A stretch of 63,821 nt of DNA, filler included, from Octopus bimaculoides (GCF_001194135.2; 5 parts of 5 records of this genome joined end to end with filler, not necessarily neighbours in it); one strand, 5' to 3'. Shown: positions 24,930 to 38,649, counted from the whole stretch's first letter. Notes: generated from the letters alone by a model not told the origin. Made by a program: numbers and translations.

Positions 24930-25095
24930 ATTAGTTATTCTCTTTACGCTGTGTTCAAATCCCACCGAGCTTGACTTCGCCTTCCATTCATCCGGGGGCC
25001 GGTAAATAAAATCGAATCAAGTGATGGGGTCGATGTAATCGACTACATTTTTCTATGTATTGGTTGTCTTGTGTCTAAACTAGAAATCGTTATTT
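24930..25095 (+). mobile_element. Diverged OR-type SINE
   Basis: gttcaaatcccaccgagcttgacttcgccttccattc...ggggtcgatgtaatcgact matches the other copies. Confidence 0.7.
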
Positions 25096-25716
25096 ATCAC
25101 ATTCATCAAAAAAGACATATCGTGAACTAGAATGATTTCAATGCTTCTCTGCCATACGTTAATATTCGCCAAGGCATTTATTGTTATTACATTGGTATCT
25201 GTTAAATACACAACGACACTTTAGCGATTTCAATGCTAGACCTCCATCCTCATCTTTGCTATTTGCCTACCTTCAATTGGAAGTACATAGAGTTTGCAGA
25301 AAAACCAGCAGATCAATACTAGCATCAATAAATTTTCTGAATTGTTAACTGACGCTTGTCGAAAAATAGCGAATGTCCAGCAACTTTATTGTGCACATGC
25401 GCAGCGAGTGGTGAATAAGATACATTATCCAGCACATATATCTATTTTTTCGGTTATACGTTCAATAACCCCTCATCATTCTTTCAAATCTTTAGGCATG
25501 ACTGATTACGGAAGCAACGTTGCACACATATTCTCTCGTTATGTTTTTATTTATTGCTTATACAACATAGACGCGCCAAAATGGCGCTGGTTTTGATAAA
25601 CTTCACTTACTCTGCTAATCGTATTTATCAGATAGGTCTTTCGTTTCACTCACTCACTCACTTATTCTTCTTCCTCATCATCATCGTCATCATCGCCATC
25701 ATCACTACCATCATTG

Positions 25717-25920
25717 TCTTCTTCTTCTTCTTCTTCTTCTTCTTCTTCTTCTTCTTCTTCTTCTTCTTCTTCTTCTTCTTCTTCTTCTTCTTCTTCTTCT
25801 TCTTCTTTTTCTTCTTCTTCTTCTTCTTCTTCTTCTTCTTCTTCTTCTTCTTCTTCTTCTTCTTCTTCTTCTTCTTCTTCTTCTTCTTCTTCTTCTTCTT
25901 CTTCTTCTTCTTCTTCTTCT
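25717..25920. repeat. (TCT)n microsatellite
   Basis: About 68 units, seen directly. Confidence 0.97.
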
Positions 25921-26494
25921 CTATCATCATACTAACTACCCTGCTATCCCCTGTCCCTTCGTCACAACAATACATCTATTGCACTCACAATTACCACCGC
26001 CATTTTCTTCTAAATCTCGTCTTATATCATAAACATAATTATAATACTATCACTGAAGTTTTATCGTTTCAAGCAAACCCTAGATTAAGTTTACCATTCC
26101 ACAGGAGTCGAAGACAACAAGATTATTTCTTTTCATTCTCGTTAATTCCACACTTCTGTTCATTTCTCTCTTTCTCTTTCACTCTCTCCCTCTTTTTTCT
26201 TCATTTATATATACATTTTTTCTCTCCTTTTCTTTTACATCACCTCCCTTTTATTGTTGTTGCTATTAGTGTTGTTGTCTGAAATGTATTGAAGCATTTG
26301 AAATAAAAGCAGGAACAGACAGAATATTTGGCAATAATTAAAAGTAATTTGTTATGAGAATCTTTACAGAAAGATCATAAGTTGTTCCACAGAATGAATG
26401 GTTTCTGAGAATCAGAGTTCTCAAGTGAAGCTGTTTTTGATGTACGTATATATATAATGTTCGTATATGTGTATGTGTGTGCGTGTGTGCGTGC

Positions 26495-26533
<39 letters not shown>

Positions 26534-27720
26534 TGTGCGTGTGTGTGTGTGTGAATATGAGTCTTTATGTACGTCAGTGTGTAAACGTATTTGATAAATG
26601 CACTACTTGTTTTGATAAATGAGGCTTTATAGATAAATGCAGTGTTCTTGGTACATGAGTCTTATACATAATTCTTTTTCATTTCATCTTTTAATTCGGT
26701 TTATTATTTTTTGTTTGTTGTTGTTTTGTTGGATAAATGAATTATTGCTAGAATTATATATTTTATATAAGGCAGTTTTCGCATCATGGCTACTACTTCA
26801 GTTTCACAATAAAACAAAAAGTAAAAAGGATATGTATTAAATAAAACTATCCTGGTTCTTTACGGTGTAAAGTCGAAGGCTTGAAGAGAATATATTGCTC
26901 AGTTTTACATGTGGAAGAGTTAGTTATCACTCATCTGTGTAATGTAATTATTACCGGAAATATTAATAAATGATTACACCATTACAGTCGTTGAATTAGA
27001 AATCTTTTTGAGGAAAACAATTGATGATGTTTCTTTCTAAAGACAGTTAAAGAATAGGGCAGGTTGAGAATAAGGATGGTGTTAACGAGTATAGTAGCAG
27101 AATAGAAGAAAGAATAAAAAGCTAAAAGGAAAGAATTACGATCCAAAAATGAAAATATAATGAAAACATGACAACAAATACATTTGAACATTGTATTTAC
27201 TATTATCCAGGCAAGTTATACTATTTCTTATATAGCTTAATAGAATATATTTTTTGACCCATAAAATGAACAATGAGAGAGAAAAGCTTAGTTTTCATAT
27301 TATCTTTTTTTCATATTATTTTATAAATATATGATGATTTTATGGTGTATTCATGGTAAATTATATTTATAGTTGAATTATATTCTTGCTTAACCTAAGA
27401 TCGAACAGAGAGTACATGTTAATGCTTGTAAATAAAACGAAGCATAAAATCTATGCCGCGAAGGCGCGGAGTAGTCAACGAAGAGACGTAGCTCGAATTC
27501 CATTCGGTGTAAATACATTTGATCAAGAGTATTGGAGGAGCAGAGATATGAGTGAGCGGTAATTTATTCACTTTGTCAGAATTATCGTTAGATCTACAGA
27601 TATCTCGTAGGAAACCTTCGCAGGATCTGAATGATTCTAATCTTACGATTGTTTCCTTCTTTCATTTAATCCTTTGCTCACTTTTACTCTACTAGTTTCA
27701 GTCATTGGATTGTGGACATG

Positions 27721-27796
<76 letters not shown>

Positions 27797-27913
27797 ATGG
27801 ACAGACGGTAGACGTGTCGGCTCCGTAAGTCTTGCCTTTTTCATGTTTTAAAAAGTTTGTTTGTAAAGTTTATTTTATATAGAAAGTTGTATAACAACTT
27901 GTAGACTCTCTGG

Positions 27914-28013
27914 NNNNNNNNNNNNNNNNNNNNNNNNNNNNNNNNNNNNNNNNNNNNTTAATTAATTAANNNNNNNNNNNNNNNNNNNNNNNNNNNNNNN
28001 NNNNNNNNNNNNN
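27914..28013. other. Artificial 100-bp scaffold spacer N44-TTAATTAATTAA-N44 (also at 47533-47632, 58163-58262 and 61685-61784)
   Basis: The same 12-mer, which has stop codons in all six frames, is centred in exactly 100 positions four times. Confidence 0.92.
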
Positions 28014-28053
<40 letters not shown>

Positions 28054-29383
28054 TTTCAATTATAATAATAAAAGATTTTTTTTTTTTACTTTTATCAGTG
28101 GCCACCACATAAAAATAGACTGACTAAGGTTAAATCTTATATATAATTATAATTAAGGCCATACAATAATTTGTTAAATCTTATATGCTGAAGATAGACG
28201 CTAAATCGTCTTACCACTTTAAAAATCACAAAAGTACGCGCGCTGAAAGCAAGGGAGCAAGCTAACGGAAGTTAATAACAAAATAGATAGCCTTGCATTA
28301 GCTCATTTCTGGTTCTGTCCCATGGTTTTACCTCATCCGCAGAACATACATACAGGAAATGAGACATTTATTCATACCTACAGGAAAGCAAACGCAAAAC
28401 GACAACTAACCATAAATACCTCAGATACCTCCAAGAAGAAATTTTGCAGCTTACCTCAGCATCTGTATTCGGTCGTAGTAGCAGTATACTTTGTAAAAGT
28501 TTACTGCATCACTTTCTTCTTTCACGTCTGAGAATTTGCAGTGTTGCTTTGCCTATGTATCCGTTATTACAAAGAAAGAAAGAAAGGATCTCATCTGAGT
28601 TTAGAGGAAACTGATGAGCGTCTGTGTTAGCAAACAATCGATTATGAGAGATTTAATGCAAGAGTCCTATTAACTAATGTGCTGTGAGATAATTCTGAAT
28701 ATTTGAGTTCTTGCTTTTGTCTGAGAACGGTCCAATAACTTGACCAACACAGTGTAGTTCCTTCCGAAAATTCCAAATCTGATCTCGAACTACACCTCAA
28801 AACATGATACTCAATAAACTAAACAACTTTAAGCTGTAGATGATTTTTTTTCCTCAGTTCGAATTCAACAATAGGAATTTAAATGACTGAAATAAAATTT
28901 TAAGAATCCTTTTCAGCTTTTCTGCTGATATTTCTTATATTTTATTCTCTTATAAAACAGTTAACTTCAATTAATTTATTGAAAAAGCTATGTCCTCTGC
29001 TTGAAGAATTATTTGTATTGTTCTCTCCAATCATTATAACATTTATCACAGTCGAATAGACATTCGTTCCACAAACATCACTGATAATATTTGCCAAATA
29101 GCTGCTATGATATTCAGTCATTTGTATTCAGAAGTCAATTCAATAAAATCTATTGTTTATAGTATTTACTAAGATTTCTAACCTTTCAAAACAACACCGC
29201 TCTAACATTAATAGAGACTTTAACTTTATATTCGGCTTATAATGAAAGAACACACCATTTGAAATATACGAAGACAGGTTGTATATGCATAGAATCTGTA
29301 TTCAGCTATTATAGTTTCTTACACACGCGCGCGCGCGTGCACACACACGCGTATACACATAGATACACAAACACTGGCTATGT

Positions 29384-29560
29384 TTCACTGGTCCCACTCC
29401 CGAACTATATGGCCGTTATATTGACGACTGTATCGATGCAACCTCACTCTCCCGCGAACATCTAGACACCTTCCTCTCTTTTGTCAAATCTTTCCATCCT
29501 GCTCTACACTTCTCCTGCACTATCTCTGACACCTCTGTCTCCTTTCCTGACATTTCGGTC
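29384..29560 (+). mobile_element. Penelope-like reverse transcriptase fragment (second family) with intact YIDD
   Basis: The frame FTGPTPELYGRYIDDCIDATSLSREHLDTFLSFVKSFHPALHFSCTISDTSVSFPDISV has YIDD at 29417-29428. It is not in the ORF track. Confidence 0.8.
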
Positions 29561-29599
29561 ATATATATTGGAAAAAAGTTTTAGGAAATGATGGGATGT

Positions 29600-32060
29600 A
29601 TGGGAAGTATGTTTCAAAACAACAATATGTATAAAATTGTTTTTGAGTGTCTGTTCTTATTTATTGGTTGGCTATGGTTGCGTCTATATTTAATTGTGGT
29701 TTATTCTTGTTAATAAATTGCCTTTATTTAGTCTTTGTTGTTGCTTGAATGAATCTGTGCACTTTTAATGGGAAATATTTTGAAATTTTGTAAGACCATT
29801 TCTTCACAGGCTGCAATGTGACTACTTAAAGGAATTTTCCTTGTATTATTGTTTCGGATCTGTTGGCGATGGGCCGTCATTCTGTTGTGTAATGATCCGC
29901 CCGTCAGACCTATGTAATTATGTTGGCAACCATTGAATGTATTATACAGATCAGGTTTTCTGGGTTGCAGGTGAAATTGGACTTAACTTTGAAGCTTTGG
30001 CCATATTTGAATTTTAAATTCTAATCCCTCAGGTAGGTAACGGCAAGTGTCTCAATTTGTTCTTCCATATTTACCGGCAGTTAGGTTGGGGGTGTCTTTG
30101 TGTATTTTTGTTCCAGCGACAATGAGTTTTAGTGTTTTGGGCTAACTTTTGCTTTTGATAATTTGTTGTTTTTCTAAGATTTTTGCTATTTTTTCATCTG
30201 CAAATAAGATGGAGAGGTTTTTGTGGATGTGATCAAATATTTCGGTCTTTCTGAGATTTAAGGTTGACACGAATGGTAAGACATTTTTTCTTCTTTGGCT
30301 ATCTATTTGTTTCGCCACGTTTATTCCTTTGGTCATTATGCCAAGAAGGAAGGATCTTTGGATAAGTTTCCATCAGTTTCTCTAGTCTTTGTTCACGTTT
30401 GGATGGTTCTGATACTATAATACAAATTCGTTTTGCCAGATTGAAGGGAATGTTGAGTTTGGTGTGTTTTGTGTGGCATGATGTGAAAAGAAGGTACAGT
30501 TTGGTGTCAGTGGGTTTGTAGAATAAGGTCCGTTTTCTCATCTTGGTTTTGAGTAGTATATCCAGAAAAGCAAGTTCTTTGGGATTAAACTCCATCGTGA
30601 TTTGGATGTTATTGCTGAGGTTGTTAAACATGTTTTTAAATCGTCAATATTTTCTTGCCTTAAAATAAAGCAATCTTCCACATATCTTTTCCAATTGTCT
30701 CTGAGTTACAGATATGTTGTTCTTGGAATCCCATAACTAAGTTGGCGTATGTGGGCGCTACTTTCGTACCCATCGCCGTTCATGATTGATATTTGGTGGT
30801 AATCCGAAACGTTGAAGGTAAAAAAGGTGTTTTCAAGTATGAAGTTGAATCCATCAATGATAATTTATTTTTCTATGCATGTTGGAAGTTCAGATTGGTG
30901 AGTGTCTAACCGGTATTGGATTGCAGTTATTCCATAATCATGAAGAATTTTGGTGTATATATTGACAACATCAAATGAAGTAAAAGCTGTATATCGATTC
31001 ATCATTTTTGGCAGATGAGTTAGCATGTCTATGTCATCCAATATGTAGTTCTGTATATGTTTTAGGGAGGGTTTTAGGAGGATGTCCAATAAGTTACTGA
31101 GTCTGTGTGTTTCACATGCCGGGCCTGCTATGATTGGTTACAAGTTTAGATCATCTGGAGGCGCTAGCTGTATGTATTTCTTTTACTGAGGATTTACAGG
31201 CATCACTTGTCCTTTTGTATTTATGTATTGTAAGTAATCCATAAAAGTTGCTCATTTTGCATTTGAAGTGACATATACAGTAATTTCTTTACTGGTTAAG
31301 CCTTTGTTATACTTCTTTAAAAGAGGGGTGTGATTTTCCATTATTTATTACTTTTTGTGGTGGGTTGCTTTTTCATAGTAGTTGTTGTCCTCCAGCTTTG
31401 TAAGTGCTATGTCTTTGTAGTAAATTGTGTCCATGATGACGACAGTGTTCCCTTTATCGACTTCTTTGATAGTAATATCCGTATTTTCTTGTAAGTTCAG
31501 TAGGTTCTTCCATTCATGTATTGTAAAGCTTGATTTAATGTTTCTGTGTTGAACTTTTTCAAAGGGCAGAGTCATAATGCATTCATAGTAGGAGTCCGGT
31601 GCTTTATTTAACCATTTATTTGGGCAAAAATTGCTTTCGTTTCTGGCCAGTGATTCGTTCTCATCATTAGATTTGTTGGTGGAGTATTCGGCCGGCCTGA
31701 ATTTTCGGCAGAATTCTGCAATGTCATTTTTCAATCAATTCGGGGAAGTTTGATTTTGTGGTGTGGTGGGTCAACTTCAGTCCCATACTTAGAATTTCTA
31801 TTTGGGTGTTAGTCAATGGTTTTTTTTTTGAAAGGTTAATTATCTTTGATTTCTCGTGCAGGATGAGGGCAACGTGTGTCTTGATATTTCTGTCCTGATG
31901 CTAAAAAAGGAATGTAACTTTGAGTGTGGCTGATATTTGTTGTCGGTCTATTTTGAGTGGGTCTGTAGGATCGGTTTTGACAGTGAGTGTATTGAGGAGG
32001 GGGTCAGCTGTAGTTGCTAGTGTTCTGCAGCCCTCTTGGGGTTCTGAGAGGTCTGGGTAG
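29600..32060 (-). mobile_element. Decayed near-complete Penelope-like element (RT plus GIY-YIG)
   Basis: In minus-strand order: KIINLSKK.LTNTQIEILSMGLK; IKEVDKGNTVVIMD; SFDVVNIYT; TAMGTKVAPTYANLVMG; FLDIL..FYKPTDTKLYLLFTSCH..HTKLNIPF; VKSNFTC..NLI..I..GCQHNYIGLTGGSLHNRMTAHRQQI; KNKPQLN. Many stops and frameshifts. Confidence 0.92.
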
Positions 32061-32124
32061 ATTGGCTGGATCTCTTCTATAGGCCATTGTGTTTTTACTG
32101 TAGTGATTGTGGTTCCTGTCTACG

Positions 32125-32275
32125 ACAGACTTCTTTTAGTTTTTGTCTACCAAAACTACTCACAGGGCATTAGGCGGCCCGTGGCTATAGTAGCCCAAGA
32201 TGCAATGCAGTGGAACTGAACCCAGAACCATGTAGTCAGGAGGCAAGATTCTTATCGCACAGTCACGCCTGCACC
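32125..32275 (-). mobile_element. 5' part of a CORE-like (OR2-type) SINE
   Basis: The minus strand reads gtgcaggcgtgactgtgcgataag...catggttctgggttcagttccactgc...ctactatagc, matching the 58853 copy. Confidence 0.7.
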
Positions 32276-32419
32276 AACATACATACGTACACGCACGCGC
32301 ATGTGTGTGTATTTGCAATCAAGAGGATAAAGTATTCAATACAGGTTATGATGTGCAAATATCTATCGCAGTTCTGGCATTACGTTGAAGAATGAGTAAA
32401 TTTTCTGATGTGTGTAATA

Positions 32420-32870
32420 ATATTAGTTTGAAATATTGGCACAATACCAGCAATTTTAGGGCCTAGGATAAGTAGAGTACATAGAAACCAGCGCTCAAAA
32501 AGTACTTATTTTATTAACCCTAGAAGAAGGAATGACAAAGTCATCCTCGGCAGCCTTTGAACTCAGATCGAAAAGATTCAAAAGAAATGTTGATTAGTAT
32601 TTTGTCTGATGGGCTAAGGACTCTGTCTAATCCCCATTTTAGTGTAAGTGATAATCATTTCTATTATAGGCATAAGGGATGAAATTTTGGAGGAGGGGGG
32701 CAGTCGATACCATCGACCCCAATACTCAACTGGTACTTTATTCCATCGAGTCCCGAAAGGATGAAAGGCAAATTTGACTTCGGCAGAATTTGATCTGTGG
32801 ACATAAAGATAGATGAAATGCTGCAAAGCATTTTATCCGGCGTGCAAGTCATTTCGCGTGCTCCCCGAAT
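32420..32870 (-). mobile_element. Two tandem diverged OR-type SINE copies
   Basis: Copies at about 32420-32620 and 32640-32870; the latter has cccgaaaggatgaaaggcaaatttgacttcggcagaatttga. Confidence 0.75.
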
Positions 32871-35070
32871 TCTTAACATTTTTTCCAGTGTGCAAATGAT
32901 TTTGTTAGCTTGCTGACCTTTACATGTGCAATAATAGTGATATATATATATATTAACAGTGTTGAAAATGTTTATGCGGTCTACAGTTAAACTAAGAAGA
33001 AAGAACCATCTCGTTGGGTCCGAAAGGAAAATAACTGCACGAACCAAACTATATACGGACCTCCTATGTCATATTTTAATCTGCATAAATATAGTCAAAT
33101 AGAATAAATTGAAATAACACAGGGATACTGGCACAAGACTGTTTTCAATGAAATAACAATTTAATTCAATGTTGTTGGTACAGATTTAGTTTACGCAGAC
33201 TTCAATCCACGATTTTAAGCGTAATATAGCACATGAATAACGGCCATAAATATTGTTCATAATGGAACGAACTAACAAAGTGTATTGCCTTTTTTTTATA
33301 TGGGCGTAAGAACATATCAAAAGGTGAGATTCGATGCTGGAATATTATGCAATAGGGGCAAACTGCTTACATGCTCTTAAAGTGTTACATATCAGTCGTG
33401 TTATACTTAAAATATTAATGTTTGAAGAGAATTGCAAACATGTGCAAAAACAGAAATCTAAAATTCTAAGTCATATGCCTATTTTAACACAGACGAATAT
33501 GGTAGCGCCCAAATCTTTAGCGTTCTGTAACGAAAAATTACTCTTTCACACATTAACATATTCAAATATATCTACTTATCGCAGATATACCACCCTAGTA
33601 CTGACTGTCCCATGTGAAGTCAGGGAATATAATCCCTTCGCCTCGAATAGACTGCTGATCATCCAACCTCATTTGTAAGTTAACACCATCATATTTGGTT
33701 ACTCCCACGTAAATCAGCTACCCCTATTATATAATTACACTACTGACCCGCTACTGATCCTATCACATACGGTACCTATGTTACTGTATGCACAATACCA
33801 CAGCCTGCCACCAAAGTGGAGCCAGCTCCCTGACAAAATCCTGTCCAAATATGTGGGCCCAAAATAAAGAAAATAACTAGTGTCGCTGATATTGAAACTT
33901 CCCTGGGCACAATCTTCATCCCTGAAAAACCAAATGTTATGATTTGTATTTAAGGGTATATGAAGGTGTCATCTATCATGATGAGAACGAAAACGAAACA
34001 GTTAATGTGGAGAAAGATTGTTACGAGTTGAAAGCATTGCGCACAACTTTGCAGAAAAGCGCCCGCCATTGGCAATCATAGGGACGAATTGCTCTTACTA
34101 GTTATTACATGGAAGTCTTTTCCATTTACTGTCGGGATAGCTTATATTTTACAGGTAACCACAACATGCCAAGCGAAATTCAGGAGATGAAGCGAAGTAT
34201 CTTATTTAAACTTGATGAAATGCAACTTGCAAATATGGAAGAGACACAACTAACTGTACAATAATCCACCCGTAAAAGACAGTTCGAGGATGCGTCGGAA
34301 CGATCATTGTGTTGAATAAAGATTCTTGCTAACTCCATTTTCCGTTAATGATAAAAATACTCATATATAATACATCAGTGTTTACCTTCGCAAACCTCCA
34401 ACCGAAAAGACACGCGGAAACACTTGAATTTACAATATGGATTGAAGCTCTTTTGAATGCAACATCAAACTTGTTAGTAATGAAGTTGCTCTCATAGAAA
34501 ATAATATTTGACAAAATATAATCTAGTTCTTGTTTCAACCCTTTCAAAGCGCTCCTGTATCGCATATTGCAATATATGACCTCTATTCATGTCTATGACG
34601 CAATATAGAATCCATTTCCAACGAAGTATTTTCCTTCATTTTATCTCCCATTTTATAATAATGAAAATGACAGTGGATTATATTAAAATAATCTTATTTT
34701 CAAGCTGATTTTTGTTTCTATTCCTAGTCATGTTTACATAGAGATTCCATTAAGATATGACACGACAATCGTATTTTATATTATAAATAGTAATTCACAA
34801 CCCTGGTATAAATAGTAGTTTTTATATGAAAATACATAAAAGTGTGTACATGCTTTATACGCATATGTGTTTGCGTGCGTATGTGTGTGTGTGAGTGTGT
34901 GCGAATGTATGTGTGCATGTATGCGTGTGCGTGCGATTGTTATTCTTGGTAATCTATTACTGCCGATTGTTCATCAGATTTCACTTACGTGTATCCCTAT
35001 GTGGCAATATGTCAATGCAGACCCAGCACCATAAAAACAAAAATAAACAAGAAGACAGTACCCACCACCA

Positions 35071-35118
<48 letters not shown>

Positions 35119-35475
35119 ATGAGAGTGCTCTTGGAATAGTTGTTGACGATGTTGTAAATGCGGCTGATATCTCCCATTTTAAGTATATAATCAATAGGAA
35201 AATAGTAATATAATAATGATATTCAATACTTATATATATTATTATATATTCTATATTTCATTTCTCGGAACGTTGAAGTAAATTAAATAAAAATGTATTC
35301 TTTGTTCTCCTTCTAGTCTTATCAGCGTCAAACTAAAATACACATACATGCGCGCACACACATGCACACAGTATACATTTATATGTTTAAATATATATGC
35401 ATAAACACACACATACGTGTATATCTATATATATGTATATATGTGTGTCTGTGTTTGTATGTATACATTTGTATG

Positions 35476-35540
<65 letters not shown>

Positions 35541-36205
35541 TTGTACATATATATGGAATGTACGTATGTGTAATATACGCACATATAAACGCACATATTT
35601 GCATCTGTGTTTTATGCATAAAAACATATTACATAGATACATATCTAAATACATACTATATGTATGCATAAATACATATATATGTACGTACGTTCATTCA
35701 CACATACATACAAACACACACAACTCACACACATACATGCATACATACATGCATATATTTTGTACGTACATATCTGTTGTGTGTTTATTTTAACTAGGTT
35801 ACTGGCTCTTAATATATTTCATATCGAATTAACCAAAACTTGGATACGATTTTTATGTTCGTAGATCGAAGAAAAAATGCCAGAATTAACTTGATATTTC
35901 CAGTATTTCGTCTTAGATTGTTTTCCTGAACTTTGTGAGAATCGGTGTATACATTTGCCGGCAGAGTGATCTGATTCAGGAATATGCCATGTGAAAGTTA
36001 TCATATGAGACCTGATTCGACATGCTTACGCAACATCTCAGTCTTGTTCCTTCTACTGTCGCTGCAAATTGTCGATATGTGAATAAATTCTTATACTGCT
36101 CTGTGAATAAGTCGTAAACTGCTCTGAAGTCTAGTGTATGTATGCAGATATGTGTGTACGTATGCATGCATTTATGCATTATGTATTTATGTATACACGT
36201 ACGCA

Positions 36206-36207
36206 TG

Positions 36208-36279
<72 letters not shown>

Positions 36280-36324
36280 TGGACAGACAGACAGACAGAC
36301 AGATAGATAGATAGATAGATAGAG

Positions 36325-36361
<37 letters not shown>
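36206..36361. repeat. (GATA)n/(GACA)n compound microsatellite
   Basis: Seen directly. Confidence 0.95.
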
Positions 36362-37527
36362 TACCTGCAGATATATGTACATATATACACATAAACATAC
36401 ATATATATATATATATANNNNNNNNNNNNNNNNNNNNNNNNNNNNNNNNNNNNNNNNNNNNNNNNNNNNNNNNNNNNNNNNNNNNNNNNNNNNNNNNNNN
36501 NNNNNNNNNNNNNNTATATATGTATGTATGTATGTATATACAAATCTAGATATATGAGTGTGTATGTGTGTATGTATTCATTTGTATATGCAGCCATTTA
36601 TGTGCGTTAGTGCATGTGTGGTATGTCACTTCTGTAACATTGTCTACTTTTATTGACATCAATCTTGTTGTTTACTAGCATGCAGCATATGATGTTAAAA
36701 CATCAGAGCCATTAAGTGAACAGAAAATATACTCGAATATACGCGCATACTTTTTATGTTTGTTCTTGTGTTTGTGTGTGTATTTTTGGAGTGCGCCATT
36801 GTCTCTCTGTCCGTATGTACGTAAGATGCTTGTATGTATGCATGTATGTGAGCAAATGCATACTTTTTTCAGTGAGTGAGATTGGCCGATGCAAGGCCTT
36901 CCTCAAAATTTCAGGCAGAGTTATCGCTTGACATTTTAACATCACTTTTAACATCTCTGCTATCTGATGCATACTATTTTTGACTGTAGACAAACAAAGA
37001 AATTTCACATTGAAAAATGCCATGATAGAATGAAGGCTTGTGTCAGCGTGGGTTGTAAGCTGTCTGAAGAAATAGCGCAGGAATTGTTGGCACTTATTCT
37101 ATCGATATCTCCTGCCGAACCTCTAAGATACGGGATCGTAAGCACACTATCACCCGTTGTCTGGTGGTAGGGGTGGAAGTACAAAAACAGATACAAAGAC
37201 ACATACAAACATAAATACATGTATATACATACGACGGGCTTCTTTCAGTTTCCGTTTACCAAATTCACTCACAACGCTTTGGTCAGCCTGAGGCTGGTCG
37301 AAATGCTTAGTGGCATTACGTTCGTTTTTACATTCTGAGTCTAAATTTCGCCGAGGTTGAATTTGACCTTGATCCTTCGGTGGCCAATGAAATAAGTACT
37401 AGTTACGCTCTGGAAGTTAATGTGATGTTACGCGTCATGTAAAACTGATTATTTTAAGAAATATAAGACATTTATACTAATTCATAGATTGAGTACTTTG
37501 AGAATATCTAATGTTCATAACTACAGT

Positions 37528-37705
37528 AAAGTAGCGATCAGACAGAAACATTAGCAAGCCTGGTTTAGCGGTATTTCCTCTGTCTTTATGTTCTGAGTTC
37601 AAATTCCGGGTCGATAGATTAAGTACAATTTGCGTACCGGGGTCGATCTAAACAACTGGCCCACTCCCCCAAAATTTAGGGCCTTGAGCGTAGAGTAGAA
37701 AATAG
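37528..37705 (+). mobile_element. Internally deleted OR-type SINE with a 16-bp target-site duplication
   Basis: TGTTCATAACTACAGT occurs at 37512-37527 and 37706-37721, flanking a body containing gttctgagttcaaattcc. A further diverged copy lies at about 37295-37430. Confidence 0.82.
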
Positions 37706-37869
37706 TGTTCATAACTACAGTGAAACATACGTATATGATGTAACCACCCTTTGCGGTTTGCACACTTCAGATACCCGATGATACGCCAACGCAGGTTCCT
37801 TTGAATGAGACAAGAACATCTCTGACTCAGCCAATCACTCTTACTGTTTTCATACATAACATAAACGGA

Positions 37870-37960
<91 letters not shown>

Positions 37961-38302
37961 AACACATCCCCGCTTCAGTTAGGCTTTCTCAAACACGGCA
38001 ACCCACACCCTTTTTTTTTCTTATACATAAATACTATCAGAAATATTTCTACATTCCCTGTGATCGACCCTTAGTTTTACTCACAGATTCAAGAAATGGA
38101 TAGACTACGTTATTGCAGAGTAAGGACAGAACATTTAAAGTCGAGCACTTAGAGGGGACACGACATTAACATCACATTGATATAGCTAGCATGGAAGGCA
38201 GTGGACGAAGCAGTAGAAACGGGCACTAAGTCATTTGGGTCATTACTTTTTTCTTTATTTTGATAGACTGGATCTTCATATTATCATTCCTTCGTTTTCG
38301 TC

Positions 38303-38562
38303 ATTATCATCATCGTCGTCGTCATCAGCATCATCATCATCGTCACTATTATTGTCATCATTATCAACGTCATTATCCTCATTATCGTCAGCGTCGTCGT
38401 CGTCGTCGACGTCATCGTCATTGACATCATCATCGTCATCATCATCATCATCATCATCTTCTTCTTCTTCTTCTTCTTCTTCTTCTTCTTCTTCTTCTTC
38501 TTCTTCTTCTTCTTCTTCTTCTTCTTCTTCTTCTTCTTCTTCTTCTTCATCATCATCATCAT
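38303..38562. repeat. Compound (TCA/TCG)n-(TCT)n microsatellite
   Basis: Seen directly. Confidence 0.95.
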
Positions 38563-38649
38563 TATATTTTCATCAGTTTGATGTAAGCTATTCATGGGCC
38601 AAACCGTGCATTCCTATGTTTTGTAAGTATAGAGATGTGTCTACAGTAT

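Noticed and set aside
27958-27969. TTAATTAATTAA islands within N runs (four sites) as a biological motif or piggyBac footprint
   Set aside because: Always centred in exactly 100 positions, so it is a synthetic scaffolding linker.
28611-28635. CTGATGAGC...GCAAAC as a hammerhead ribozyme
   Set aside because: Lacks the essential G of GAAA and has no credible stems.
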